DNA of 64,000 bases, from positions 36,560-100,559 of the forward strand of contig JABHIE010000003.1 in assembly GCA_018671175.1 (NCBI GenBank), in the 5' to 3' direction. This document shows positions 30,754-39,785 of this stretch, one piece after another (the first letter of the stretch is position 1; each line of letters begins with the position of its first letter). The notes under the pieces are model-generated. The model worked only from the letters and a program-made list of their open reading frames with translations. It was not told the DNA's origin and did not search any database. The stretch comes from Planctomycetota bacterium. GTDB taxonomy: Bacteria; Planctomycetota; UBA1135. Position numbers and translations under genes: made by a program.

Positions 30754-31763
30754 GTCAATCGGAGCCCGTCCCTGTAATCGCTGAAAAGTGGATTGCCGTC
30801 GCCGATGATATGGCGCGCATGCCCGTCGATGAATTTTTGTCGATGCATTGGCCAGGCGTGTCAAAGGGGCGTATCCGTGAAATGATTCGCGCAGGTCGCG
30901 CCACAGTAGATGGCATGCGAGTCTTGCCGGGGCAGCGTTTGAGCGCGGGTGAAATCGTGCTTTATGATTTTGATCCGACAACTCTTCCGCAGGCTAAGGC
31001 GCAGAAAATTGATCTCGAAATCCTTTACCAAGATGACGACATTGTTGCTGTAAATAAGCCGCCTGGCATTCCTGTCGAGCCAAGTCGATGGGGGGAACAC
31101 CCCTTGCATTTGACGGGTGGGATGCTCCATTGGGCTGAGGGCTCAGTGCGCGAAGATGGTGCCGTGGCTCAACGCCCCCGCGCTTTGCATCGCATCGATT
31201 TGGGCACTTCAGGCGTGCTGCTTTACGCACTGAACCTTGATGCCGAGCGATACTATCGCGAGTTGTTTTCGAGCGGTGGCATCAAGAAAATCTATCACGC
31301 TCTCATTATCGGAGAGATGCATGACCCAGTTGTTGTTGATGAGCCGATTGGCCCAGCTCGCGGTCAAAATGGGCAAATGGGCGTCGTCCCTAAAGGCGGG
31401 AAGCCAAGTTTGACTGAGTTTGTGCCGTTGAAGCGATGGCAAGGTTACACGCTTGTTGAAGCGCGTCCACAGACGGGGCGCACGCATCAGATTCGGGTGC
31501 ACGCCGCTTGGCTCGGGCACCCTCTGGTGGTGGATACTCGCTATGGCGGCGCTGATCGCCTGAATTTAAGCCACCTCAAGCGCAGTTATCGCCCCAAGCC
31601 GGGGCAGGAAGAGCGACCGTTAATTGGGCGTCTTACTTTGCACGCCAAATCAGTTTCATTCGTTGACCGTCAGGGGGCTGAGCGTACGATTGAAGCGAGC
31701 ATCCCCAAGGATTTTTTGGTGGTGATGAAAAAGCTTGATCGCTGGTTGCGAGTCAAAAGATAG
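30750..31763 (+). CDS. RluA/RluD-family pseudouridine synthase with S4 domain
   Basis: VNKPPG, HRIDLGTSG, TGRTHQIRVH, GHPLV.D.RYG, LHA motifs. Confidence 0.93.
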   Translation: MSQSEPVPVIAEKWIAVADDMARMPVDEFLSMHWPGVSKGRIREMIRAGRATVDGMRVLPGQRLSAGEIVLYDFDPTTLPQAKAQKIDLEILYQDDDIVAVNKPPGIPVEPSRWGEHPLHLTGGMLHWAEGSVREDGAVAQRPRALHRIDLGTSGVLLYALNLDAERYYRELFSSGGIKKIYHALIIGEMHDPVVVDEPIGPARGQNGQMGVVPKGGKPSLTEFVPLKRWQGYTLVEARPQTGRTHQIRVHAAWLGHPLVVDTRYGGADRLNLSHLKRSYRPKPGQEERPLIGRLTLHAKSVSFVDRQGAERTIEASIPKDFLVVMKKLDRWLRVKR

Positions 31764-31888
31764 TGGCATTTCGAGTTGCGCGGGGCTGGCCTCTATCGCA
31801 TTTGAAGTAAACGAGTTAAACTATGCGCCTCCGACGCGAGTGACCCGAGGTGGGTTAGCGTCATCACCAGCATAATGAGGCTAGAAAC

Positions 31889-34801
31889 ATGCGCTTAAAG
31901 CGTTTGACTCCAGATTTCCGCGTTACCGAACTCATCAACGAAGAAGAGTTACTCGGCAACGGTCCCTACACCATTTATCGTGTCACCAAGCGTGGCCTGA
32001 CCACCTTTGAGGCGGTCGATTTACTCCGCTCCGCTGCGGGCGTTGAGCGCGAAGACATTTCCTTCGCGGGTCTAAAAGATAAAGATGGCATTACCGGGCA
32101 GTTCCTGTCTGTGAAAGGTGGCAAGCCTGTTAACTTGCGCCAAAAGGCGATTACGATTCGGGCCATTGGCAAGGCGCCCCGCCCAATCGAGACAACCGAT
32201 TCCAACGGCAATGCTTTTGAAATTGTTCTGCGTGACATGGTCGCTGACGACATGCGTCGCGTTCGGGTTCACCTGAACCGCGTGAAAGACCTAGGCTTGG
32301 TCAACTACTTTGACGACCAACGCTTTGGCTGTTTGCGTCACGGTCAGGGCTTTATCGTGCGAGATTTGCTCGCGGGTCGCCCAGAAGATGCGCTCAAAAA
32401 CTTACTTGCCGCACCTTCGCCATTTGGTTCAGAAGAAGTCGAAAAGTTTAAAGCTTATTTGATGCGCTATTGGGGTGATTGGGCTAAATTGGCCAGTTAT
32501 TGCCGCGCACGGCGTGGGCATTCGGTTTTCCAGCATTTGGCTGAAAACCCAGAAGATTACCTTGGTGCACTTGAGCGCGGCGTATCAACACGCGAGCGCA
32601 CGATTCACTTGTTTGCCTATCAATCACACCTCTGGAACCGCGCTGCATCGCGTTTGGTCGAAGACATCCTCGGGCCTGAACAGTTGGCCTATCTACCTGG
32701 CGATGCCGGTTCGATGGCCGTTTGGCGCGATTTGAGTGCCGAACAGCAGGCAGAATTGGCCGCTATCGAGTTGCCTTTGCTCGGCCCAGATATGCAAGCC
32801 AGCGAAAAAGTGATGGCTGCCTATCAATCCGTCATGACCGCTGAGGGGCTTTCGATTGACGATTTTGTCCAACTCGACTTGTCTGGTTTCCGCCCTAAGG
32901 CTGACGCCCGCGCTTTCTTGGTCAATCCTGAATTCTTGCGTGCGGCTCCCGCTGAGCGAGATGAGGTTTATCGCAAGTCACGCAAAATGCGGTTGCGCTT
33001 TTCGTTGCCTCGTGGGCATTACGCCACATTGGTTGTTAAGCGTTTGTTGATGCCGACCGATTTGGTCGAAGATGGGCCTCAATTACGCATCTGGATTGCG
33101 CGACATGCGCTTGAGTGGCCCGACGCTCAGGGCAATATGCTCGTTTCCAACACCGAAGATCAACGCAATTGGGGTGATCGCGCTGGTGGCCCATGGGCGC
33201 GTCGTTCCAACGAAGATTATGGCGACAACCCACGAGGTGAGCGTCATGGTCGCGAGGACCGTTTCGGTCGCGAAGGTCGTGATGACCGCGGTGGTCGTGA
33301 TGACCGCTACGGGCGCGATGACCGCTCAGGTTTTGACCCAGTTGAGCGTCACCACGAAGACGACGAAAAGCCAAACATCCGTGTCGCGGGTGGTGTGGCC
33401 GCTAAAGTGCAGACCGATGATGGGCGCACGAGTTTGGTCGCTGGCGGAGATTATGTCCATGAGACATTTGAGCAACGGCAAGAGCGCGCCGAAGAGAAAA
33501 AGGCGGCTGCAGAGCGCAAAGCTGAAAAGGCCGCGCGTAAGGCTGAGTATGAATCGAAGTTTTCAATAGACCCTGGCGTGACGATTGGCGAACGCTTTGA
33601 AGGCCGTGTGACGGGCATTCAGAATTTTGGCATTTTTGTTGATATTGGTTTCGGCCAAGAAGGCATGTGCCCAAGCTCTGAGTTGGCCGAAGAATACACT
33701 CAAGACCCAAACACCGTAGTGAGCCTTGACGATGTGTTCGAGGTCATCATTGTTTCGGTTGATAAAGAAAAGGGTCAATTCAAAGTGTCCAAACGCATGG
33801 GTGAGCTTGAGGATTCTGAAATCCCAGCTGCTCTTGAGGCGCGTGACGCCGAGTTTGTTGCGCGTGCTGCTGAAAAAGAAGCGCGTACTCAAGGCCGTGA
33901 CACCATCGAGGAAATCGATGCGAAGGTTGGTGACCGCCTCAAAGGGCAGGTGCTTACGATTCGCGATTTCGGTGTTTTCTGTGATGTTGGTTTGTCGGTT
34001 GACGCGATGATTCCTGTTGCCGAGTTGTCATCCGAATGGGTCGAGCGCCCCGAAGATGTCGTTGCCATTGGCGATACCCTTGAGGTCGTGGTTTTGGGTG
34101 TTGACCCCAAACGCGGGCGTCTGCGCACATCCGTAAAGGCGGGCAATATGAGCGAAGGCGACCTGAATGCTTTGCTTGACGAAGTGCGCGCTCAAGAGGC
34201 CGAATATTCTGCTCGTCGTGAGCGGAAAGACAGTGGCGCTGATTTGGGCGCTGAGCTTGGCCAACGCATGAAGGGCAAAGTTACGGGCGTGCAAGATTTT
34301 GGTGTGTTTATCGACTTGGGTTTAGACAGCGATGGCATGTGCCCAACTTCCGAGCTCGATGAAAAATGGATTTCGCACCCTACTGATATTTGCGATGTGG
34401 GCGATGAAATTGAAATCGTTGTAATTGCACTTGATGGCAGTCGCGGGCGGATTAAGTGCTCGCGCAAAGTGGCCCTTGGCCCTGAGCGTGGTATTGCCAA
34501 GGCGATCGAGACCGAGAAACGATTTGCCGAGCGCCGGCAAGAAGGCGGTGGCGGCGGCCGTGGTCGCGGTCGTGATGACGATCGTCGCGGAGGCGGCGGT
34601 GGTGGCGGTGGCGCATATCGAGGTGGCGGCGGTGGCGGATACCGAGGCGGCGGCGGAGGCCGTAGCCGTGATGACGATCGCCGCGGAGGCAGCGGTGGTG
34701 GTGGCGGATACCGAGGCGGCGGAGGCCGTGGCCGTGATGACGATCGCCGCGGAGGCGGCGGCGGCGGCAACTCCGGCGGCTCCAGTCCTTGGGGGCGCTA
34801 A
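31889..34801 (+). CDS. truD: TruD-family pseudouridine synthase fused to three S1 domains and Gly/Arg-rich tails
   Basis: DFRVTE, AGLKDK, NYFDDQRFG, LFAYQSHLWN, FSLPRGHYAT TruD motifs; three G.V..I.DFG.F.D.G...G S1 repeats; C-terminal RGGGG/RDDDRR repeats. Confidence 0.9.
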   Translation: MRLKRLTPDFRVTELINEEELLGNGPYTIYRVTKRGLTTFEAVDLLRSAAGVEREDISFAGLKDKDGITGQFLSVKGGKPVNLRQKAITIRAIGKAPRPIETTDSNGNAFEIVLRDMVADDMRRVRVHLNRVKDLGLVNYFDDQRFGCLRHGQGFIVRDLLAGRPEDALKNLLAAPSPFGSEEVEKFKAYLMRYWGDWAKLASYCRARRGHSVFQHLAENPEDYLGALERGVSTRERTIHLFAYQSHLWNRAASRLVEDILGPEQLAYLPGDAGSMAVWRDLSAEQQAELAAIELPLLGPDMQASEKVMAAYQSVMTAEGLSIDDFVQLDLSGFRPKADARAFLVNPEFLRAAPAERDEVYRKSRKMRLRFSLPRGHYATLVVKRLLMPTDLVEDGPQLRIWIARHALEWPDAQGNMLVSNTEDQRNWGDRAGGPWARRSNEDYGDNPRGERHGREDRFGREGRDDRGGRDDRYGRDDRSGFDPVERHHEDDEKPNIRVAGGVAAKVQTDDGRTSLVAGGDYVHETFEQRQERAEEKKAAAERKAEKAARKAEYESKFSIDPGVTIGERFEGRVTGIQNFGIFVDIGFGQEGMCPSSELAEEYTQDPNTVVSLDDVFEVIIVSVDKEKGQFKVSKRMGELEDSEIPAALEARDAEFVARAAEKEARTQGRDTIEEIDAKVGDRLKGQVLTIRDFGVFCDVGLSVDAMIPVAELSSEWVERPEDVVAIGDTLEVVVLGVDPKRGRLRTSVKAGNMSEGDLNALLDEVRAQEAEYSARRERKDSGADLGAELGQRMKGKVTGVQDFGVFIDLGLDSDGMCPTSELDEKWISHPTDICDVGDEIEIVVIALDGSRGRIKCSRKVALGPERGIAKAIETEKRFAERRQEGGGGGRGRGRDDDRRGGGGGGGGAYRGGGGGGYRGGGGGRSRDDDRRGGSGGGGGYRGGGGRGRDDDRRGGGGGGNSGGSSPWGR
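34543..34790 (+). repeat. Low-complexity GGC/GGT repeats encoding (GRDDDRRGGGG / YRGGGG)n
   Basis: gccgtgatgacgatcgccgcggaggc and gataccgaggcggcgg units repeated. Confidence 0.9.
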
Positions 34802-34804
34802 ACC

Positions 34805-35668
34805 ATGCCTGCCCTCTCGCCCGCGCGCATTGGAATCATTGGTGGTTCCGGTGTCTATGGGCTTGAGGGCTTAAATGACATCCAGAGCGTTGCGATTGAC
34901 ACTCCGTGGGGCGCGCCGAGTGATGAACTGCTGCTCGGCACTCTTGATGGCATCCCTGTTGCATTCTTGCCTCGGCATGGGCGCGGCCATCGCGTAACGC
35001 CGAGCGAGGTTCCCTACCACGCCAACATCTATGCCTTGCGCTCTCTTGGTGTTCAGCGCGTGCTTTCCGTGAGCGCGGTTGGTTCTCTTTGCCACGAATA
35101 TGCCCCTGGCGATTTTGTCATGGTGGATCAATTCATCGATCGCACTTTGCGTCGTGGAGCCACTTTCTTCGGAGATGGCATCGTTGCGCATGTGCCTCTA
35201 GCTGATCCTGTTTGTGCCGAGATGGCCGCTGCCGTGATGCGGTCCGGTTCAGATTTACCGGTCAAAATATTCTCAGGCGGTGCATATGTTTGCATCGAAG
35301 GGCCTCAGTTTTCGACCCGCGCTGAGAGTGAGCTTTACCGCTCGTGGGGCGCAAAAATCGTGGGCATGACCAATGCCACAGAAGCTCGGCTCGCGCGCGA
35401 GGCAGGCATGAGTTTTGCCTGTATTGCGATGGTCACCGATTTCGATTGTTGGCATCCTGAGCACGATGATGTTGATGTCGCCGCTGTTGTTGCAACCGCA
35501 AAACAAAATGCATCCGCGGTGCGTGAGCTGGTTACTCGCAGTATTCCCGTGCTTGACGCACTCGGGCCATCGCCTTGGCGTGGGGTCCTCGATAGTGCCG
35601 TCATGACAGCTCATGATTGCATCACCACGGCGGCAATAGAGCGGACGGCCGCCTTGTTTTCGGATTAA
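34805..35668 (+). CDS. mtnP: S-methyl-5'-thioadenosine phosphorylase
   Basis: IGIIGGSG, FLPRHG, EGPQFSTRAES, GMT..EA.LARE, VTDFDCW motifs. Confidence 0.93.
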   Translation: MPALSPARIGIIGGSGVYGLEGLNDIQSVAIDTPWGAPSDELLLGTLDGIPVAFLPRHGRGHRVTPSEVPYHANIYALRSLGVQRVLSVSAVGSLCHEYAPGDFVMVDQFIDRTLRRGATFFGDGIVAHVPLADPVCAEMAAAVMRSGSDLPVKIFSGGAYVCIEGPQFSTRAESELYRSWGAKIVGMTNATEARLAREAGMSFACIAMVTDFDCWHPEHDDVDVAAVVATAKQNASAVRELVTRSIPVLDALGPSPWRGVLDSAVMTAHDCITTAAIERTAALFSD

Positions 35669-35686
35669 CGGGCCCGTTCTTTTCGC

Positions 35687-36292
35687 ATGAGCGACTCGCA
35701 TCTTTGGGTTCCAAAAGCCGACGGCCTCGGTGAGCACGAAGACCGCGGCTCTCGATTTTTGTCGGTTGTTTTTCATATGCCCGACGATGAAACTTTTCAA
35801 AATCGTCTGCTGCAGGTAAAAAACGAGCACTCCAAAGCGAGGCATTGGTGTTGGGCTTGGCGTATGCGTGGGGCGTATCGTTTTTTTGATGACGGTGAGC
35901 CGGGTGGCACTGCGGGTCGCCCGATGTTGCAGGTGCTTGACGGCTCGGGCCTAGATGAGGTCGCCGCAATTTGCGTCCGTTATTTTGGTGGTGTCAAATT
36001 AGGCACGGGTGGTTTGGCGCGTGCATACGGTGGGGCAACGGCTCGCGCAATCGATGTTACCCCGCGATTTGAAGTCGTCCCGCAAGTTGTGTTGGCTATG
36101 ACTTTGCCTTTTGATTTGCTTGGCTTGCGTGATGAGCTAACGGCTAAATTTACATCAATGCAACTGGCCGGAGATTACACCGATGCTGGCTGGCAGGGTG
36201 AAGTCACGCTTGCTGCACCAGAGGCCGGTGCCTTTCAGCGTTTTTTGTGCGACCGCAGCTCAAACCGCGCGCGCTGCGAGCCCTTGAGCTAA
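35687..36292 (+). CDS. YigZ/IMPACT-family protein
   Basis: SRF, ARHWCWAWR, DDGEPGGTAG.P, RYFGGVKLGTGGL.RAY motifs. Confidence 0.93.
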   Translation: MSDSHLWVPKADGLGEHEDRGSRFLSVVFHMPDDETFQNRLLQVKNEHSKARHWCWAWRMRGAYRFFDDGEPGGTAGRPMLQVLDGSGLDEVAAICVRYFGGVKLGTGGLARAYGGATARAIDVTPRFEVVPQVVLAMTLPFDLLGLRDELTAKFTSMQLAGDYTDAGWQGEVTLAAPEAGAFQRFLCDRSSNRARCEPLS

Positions 36293-36317
36293 CCCTAGGG
36301 CGTGGCTCAGCGGTGGG

Positions 36318-36863
36318 CTAAGCGAGCCAGTCTTCTGCATCTACGCCAAGGCCGTCTGCGAGACGATTGACATAATTAAAATAGGCCACAACTTGGCAAG
36401 CATCGTGGATTTCGCGATCACTCCAGCCAACGGCTCGCAATTGGTCGGCATCCGAGCGAGTCATGGCTTGAGGGCTGGTTGTCAGTTTGTCGGCCCAGGC
36501 GCAAAGAGCCTTTTCGGCTTCATTTATAGGCGCGTCTTGCCAGCCATGAGCGACTAGATGGTCGGCGAGTTTGGGTTCGTTGGCCTCATCACGGAGGTCA
36601 TGCTCATGCGCTTTGATTCAGTAATGGCACTCGTTGATGCGGCTCGTCACCACGGCCAAGAGCTCACGCACTCGCTGAGAGAGCGCTGAATCAGCGCTCA
36701 TGACAGACCCATACATCATGCCGAAAGCGCGCATTTGCTTTGGGTTGATGCTAAGTAATTTACGAATATTCCAGACACGCCCTGTGCGCCGAATGGAATC
36801 TTGATACATGCGGTCGAGCAAGCCACTCGCCTCTTCGATTTCTATCTGATGAATCCAAGCCAT
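36318..36863 (-). CDS. AhpD-like/CMD-family peroxidase-related protein, probable selenoprotein (in-frame TGA at 36620-36618)
   Basis: RELLAVVTSRINECHY-TGA-IKAH continues in frame through WADKLT..P, GWSDREIHD..VVAYFNYVNRLADGLG to TAG at 36318. Confidence 0.85.
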
Positions 36864-36883
36864 CTGTCCATTATGGTATGGCC

Positions 36884-38005
36884 ATGGCATCTGACACAAC
36901 TCGACGGGATTTTTTGCGACAAACGGGGCTAGGCCTAACTGCCGCAACTCTGGGCGGTTCGCTCACGGCAGCTTCGGCTCAACAATTACAGGCTACTCAG
37001 CAATCCATACGCGCGGCATCGAGCGGCCTCAGTCAGCCGGGGCATCCCATCGCGATATCTTCGGCAAATGGTTTAGCCGCCGTGGCGGAAGCCGTCCGTC
37101 TGATGAAGGAATCACAAGTGCGAGCCGTGAGTGCGGCCGTGCGCGGAGTGGCCATCGTTGAGGCTGATCCTGACGATTTGAGCGTCGGTCTTGGTGGTCT
37201 ACCTGATGAAAGTGGTGAGGTTACGCTCGATGCGGCCTGCATGGACGGCCCGAGTCACAATGCCGGTAGCGTGGGTTGCCTCAAACGAATCATGCACCCC
37301 GCTGCTGTTGCTGAGCGCGTCATGGATCGCACCGATCACATTAATTTGGTGGGTGTAGGTGCGCTTGCTTTTGCGAAAGAGCAAGGTTTTGAAGAGGCCG
37401 ATTTATTGACGGATCGCGCAAAAGGCATTTGGGAAAAGTGGCTGAAAAACCGAGAGCCTGATGATCGACTTTGGCCACTCAATGACACGCTACCCGCCGA
37501 CCCGATTCTGCAAGGTGAGCCACGACCTTGGGGTACGATTCATTGCTCCGCGCTGGCTCCGGACGGCACGCTGGGGTGCTGCACGACCACAAGTGGATTG
37601 GCCTTTAAAATCCCGGGGCGTATCGGCGATTCGCCGTTGATCGGCTGCGGCCTTTATTGCGATAACTCTGTGGGCTCAGCAGGCGCGACTGGCCGCGGTG
37701 AAGCGGCGATTCTGTCGGGTGGCTCATGGCTGGTCGTCGAGCGGATGCGTGCGGGCGATACGCCAACCGAGGCTTGTCTTTATGCCTTACGCCGCGTAGC
37801 GGAGCAAACGGAGCGATCTGCAAAATGGCAGCCAGCACTTTGGAAAGATGGCCAGCCCAACTTTGGGTTAACTTTTTATGCTGTGCGTAAAGACGGTCTT
37901 TACGGGTCAGCATCGATGCGCGGCGCAAAGGGCTCGCGCAAGTTCGCCATATGTGACGAAAAGGGTGCACGGCTGGAGCCGTGCACCCTTTTATTTGAAA
38001 GCTAG
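36884..38005 (+). CDS. Tat-exported glycosylasparaginase / asparaginase type 2 (Ntn hydrolase)
   Basis: TRRDFL twin-arginine signal; SVG.GG.PD, LDAACMDG, GTI cleavage site, TTSGL.FKIPGRIGDSP, ATGRGE. Confidence 0.9.
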   Translation: MASDTTRRDFLRQTGLGLTAATLGGSLTAASAQQLQATQQSIRAASSGLSQPGHPIAISSANGLAAVAEAVRLMKESQVRAVSAAVRGVAIVEADPDDLSVGLGGLPDESGEVTLDAACMDGPSHNAGSVGCLKRIMHPAAVAERVMDRTDHINLVGVGALAFAKEQGFEEADLLTDRAKGIWEKWLKNREPDDRLWPLNDTLPADPILQGEPRPWGTIHCSALAPDGTLGCCTTTSGLAFKIPGRIGDSPLIGCGLYCDNSVGSAGATGRGEAAILSGGSWLVVERMRAGDTPTEACLYALRRVAEQTERSAKWQPALWKDGQPNFGLTFYAVRKDGLYGSASMRGAKGSRKFAICDEKGARLEPCTLLFES

Positions 38006-38008
38006 CCG

Positions 38009-38833
38009 TTAGTCTTTTGCGACGTAGAGGTGATCTTCGCTCAAGACATGGTATTGATCGACAGATTTGGTCAGCAAGTCGCTCATGCTTTCGCGGAACG
38101 CGCAGCACTCAAACTTACAGCCCTTGGCTTTGATCAATGGGGCCACATCAGCGAAAACACCATTGCCTGAGACGGCGATGATCACATCAACTTTGTCAGC
38201 GATGCGGATCATGTCCATGGCGATGCCTGTTTCCCACTCTGCTTTACGCGAGCCGTCGGCACGCTCGATGACCTCGCGCTTGCGGACTTCGAAGCCGCAG
38301 TAACGCAGGTGATCGGTGAAAGAGATTTGGTCGATACCCTCGCGCTCAATGACATATGCAATGGAGCGAACCAAGCGACGATTACGCACGCAAGCACGCA
38401 ACATTTTGGAGTAGCTCAGGTTTGCACCGTAGCATTTTTTCGCAGAGTGGTACATGTTTTGTACATCTACAAAAACGGCAACGCGCTGACGCTTCAGGAA
38501 GCCACCTTGTGAGCAGTAGCCGCCATTATTAGGCAAGGCCCCTGTCGTAGGGTTGAGGTTGAGTTGACGACGCAAGCGCCAGACCTCATCTTTAAGATCG
38601 AGGTAATTTTCCTCGAGGTCTTCGCGTTCGATAGCCGCTGCATCTTCATGGGGATCAAGAATGATGGTCGGGTTATCTGGAAAGTAGTGGGGAATCCGCT
38701 CGAAAGTTGGCTCTTCGGAAGTTTGATCTTCTTTAGAGTTTTCGGTTTCTTCTACAGAATCGGTTTCTTCCACGGAAGTGGCTTCAACATCAGTTTCTTC
38801 GATGTCGCTGGAGGTGTTTTCGGTGTCGGTCAT
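38009..38833 (-). CDS. NYN/LabA (DUF88) domain protein with acidic N-terminal extension
   Basis: RVAVFVDVQNMY, RSIAYV, K.EWETGIAMD, VSGNGVF motifs. Confidence 0.85.
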   Translation of the reverse strand: MTDTENTSSDIEETDVEATSVEETDSVEETENSKEDQTSEEPTFERIPHYFPDNPTIILDPHEDAAAIEREDLEENYLDLKDEVWRLRRQLNLNPTTGALPNNGGYCSQGGFLKRQRVAVFVDVQNMYHSAKKCYGANLSYSKMLRACVRNRRLVRSIAYVIEREGIDQISFTDHLRYCGFEVRKREVIERADGSRKAEWETGIAMDMIRIADKVDVIIAVSGNGVFADVAPLIKAKGCKFECCAFRESMSDLLTKSVDQYHVLSEDHLYVAKD

Positions 38834-38948
38834 GACTCCGTTAGGGTTAAGGTGAAAAGGGAGGGCCTAAAACGAACCACATGAGAATAGGCCTTGAATG
38901 GCTCGTGTGTGACGATATTGTAACCGCCCACAGCAAGCGTAGCGTTGA

Positions 38949-39785
38949 TTAGCTGAGTTTTCGAGTCAGAGTTATAGGCGGTGCTTCGGCCGCCAAGCGA
39001 GTCGCGGCAATGCAGTCGAGGCGGTAGCTTTTCATGTGCAATGAGCGGTGGCAAACGGCGTCCATGTAAAGGGTTTCTTTGCGTCGGAAAAAGAAACGCG
39101 GGCTGACTCTTAAGTCGGCGACTGCGCCATTACGAAACTTGTAAACTATGTCAACGACAGTGCTTGCGTCGGCAGCGTCTTTGAGCATCTGCCGGTTGTC
39201 GGGCAGTTTGACCGCGTCGTGCTGATAGCGAAAAACCTCGCGGCCACGACCAAAAGGAGACAATCTGTCGCCTGCACCGCCTTCGTTTTGCAAGTATTGA
39301 ATCAAGCCGAGCGTATGGATGGCATCCGCCGAAGCTCGGTGGAAGGGCCCCTCTGGCAAGTTGAGATCGCGGACGAGGTTTTCAAGCGAGTGAGAGCGCC
39401 TGCCTTTGAGCAATTTGCGAGATGCGGCTAATGAGCAATAGACCGGATTGCTTGGTGGCTCAATGCCGCTGCGCTGACACTCAACAGCCAACATCGAAGC
39501 ATCAAAAGCCACATTGTGGCCAAAGAGGGGAAGCTTGCCGACCCAACGCAAAAATTCTGGGATGGCTTCTTTGCTGCTTGGCTCATCAGCAACATCAGAA
39601 TCTTTGATTCCATGAATCGCAACAACCGATGCTGGAATAGGGCACTCGGGGAAAAGTAATTGCTCGTATCGATCTGTAATACTGCGACCTCGAACTTTGA
39701 CAGCCCCAATTTCAACCAGTCGCGCCGAAGGTGGCATGCCTGTTGTTTCTGTATCAAAGACAACAAATTCAGAGGGGAAGCTCAT
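38949..39785 (-). CDS. DEDDh 3'-5' exonuclease with C-terminal WYL-like domain
   Basis: VFDTETTG, GHNVAFD, HRASADA exonuclease motifs; C-terminal IVY..RVSP..YMDAVCH..KSYRLDCI. Confidence 0.85.
   Translation of the reverse strand: MSFPSEFVVFDTETTGMPPSARLVEIGAVKVRGRSITDRYEQLLFPECPIPASVVAIHGIKDSDVADEPSSKEAIPEFLRWVGKLPLFGHNVAFDASMLAVECQRSGIEPPSNPVYCSLAASRKLLKGRRSHSLENLVRDLNLPEGPFHRASADAIHTLGLIQYLQNEGGAGDRLSPFGRGREVFRYQHDAVKLPDNRQMLKDAADASTVVDIVYKFRNGAVADLRVSPRFFFRRKETLYMDAVCHRSLHMKSYRLDCIAATRLAAEAPPITLTRKLS

Noticed and set aside
34192..34770. Pro/Arg-rich 192-aa minus-strand ORF
   Set aside because: Antisense shadow of the Gly-rich tail of the TruD-S1 gene
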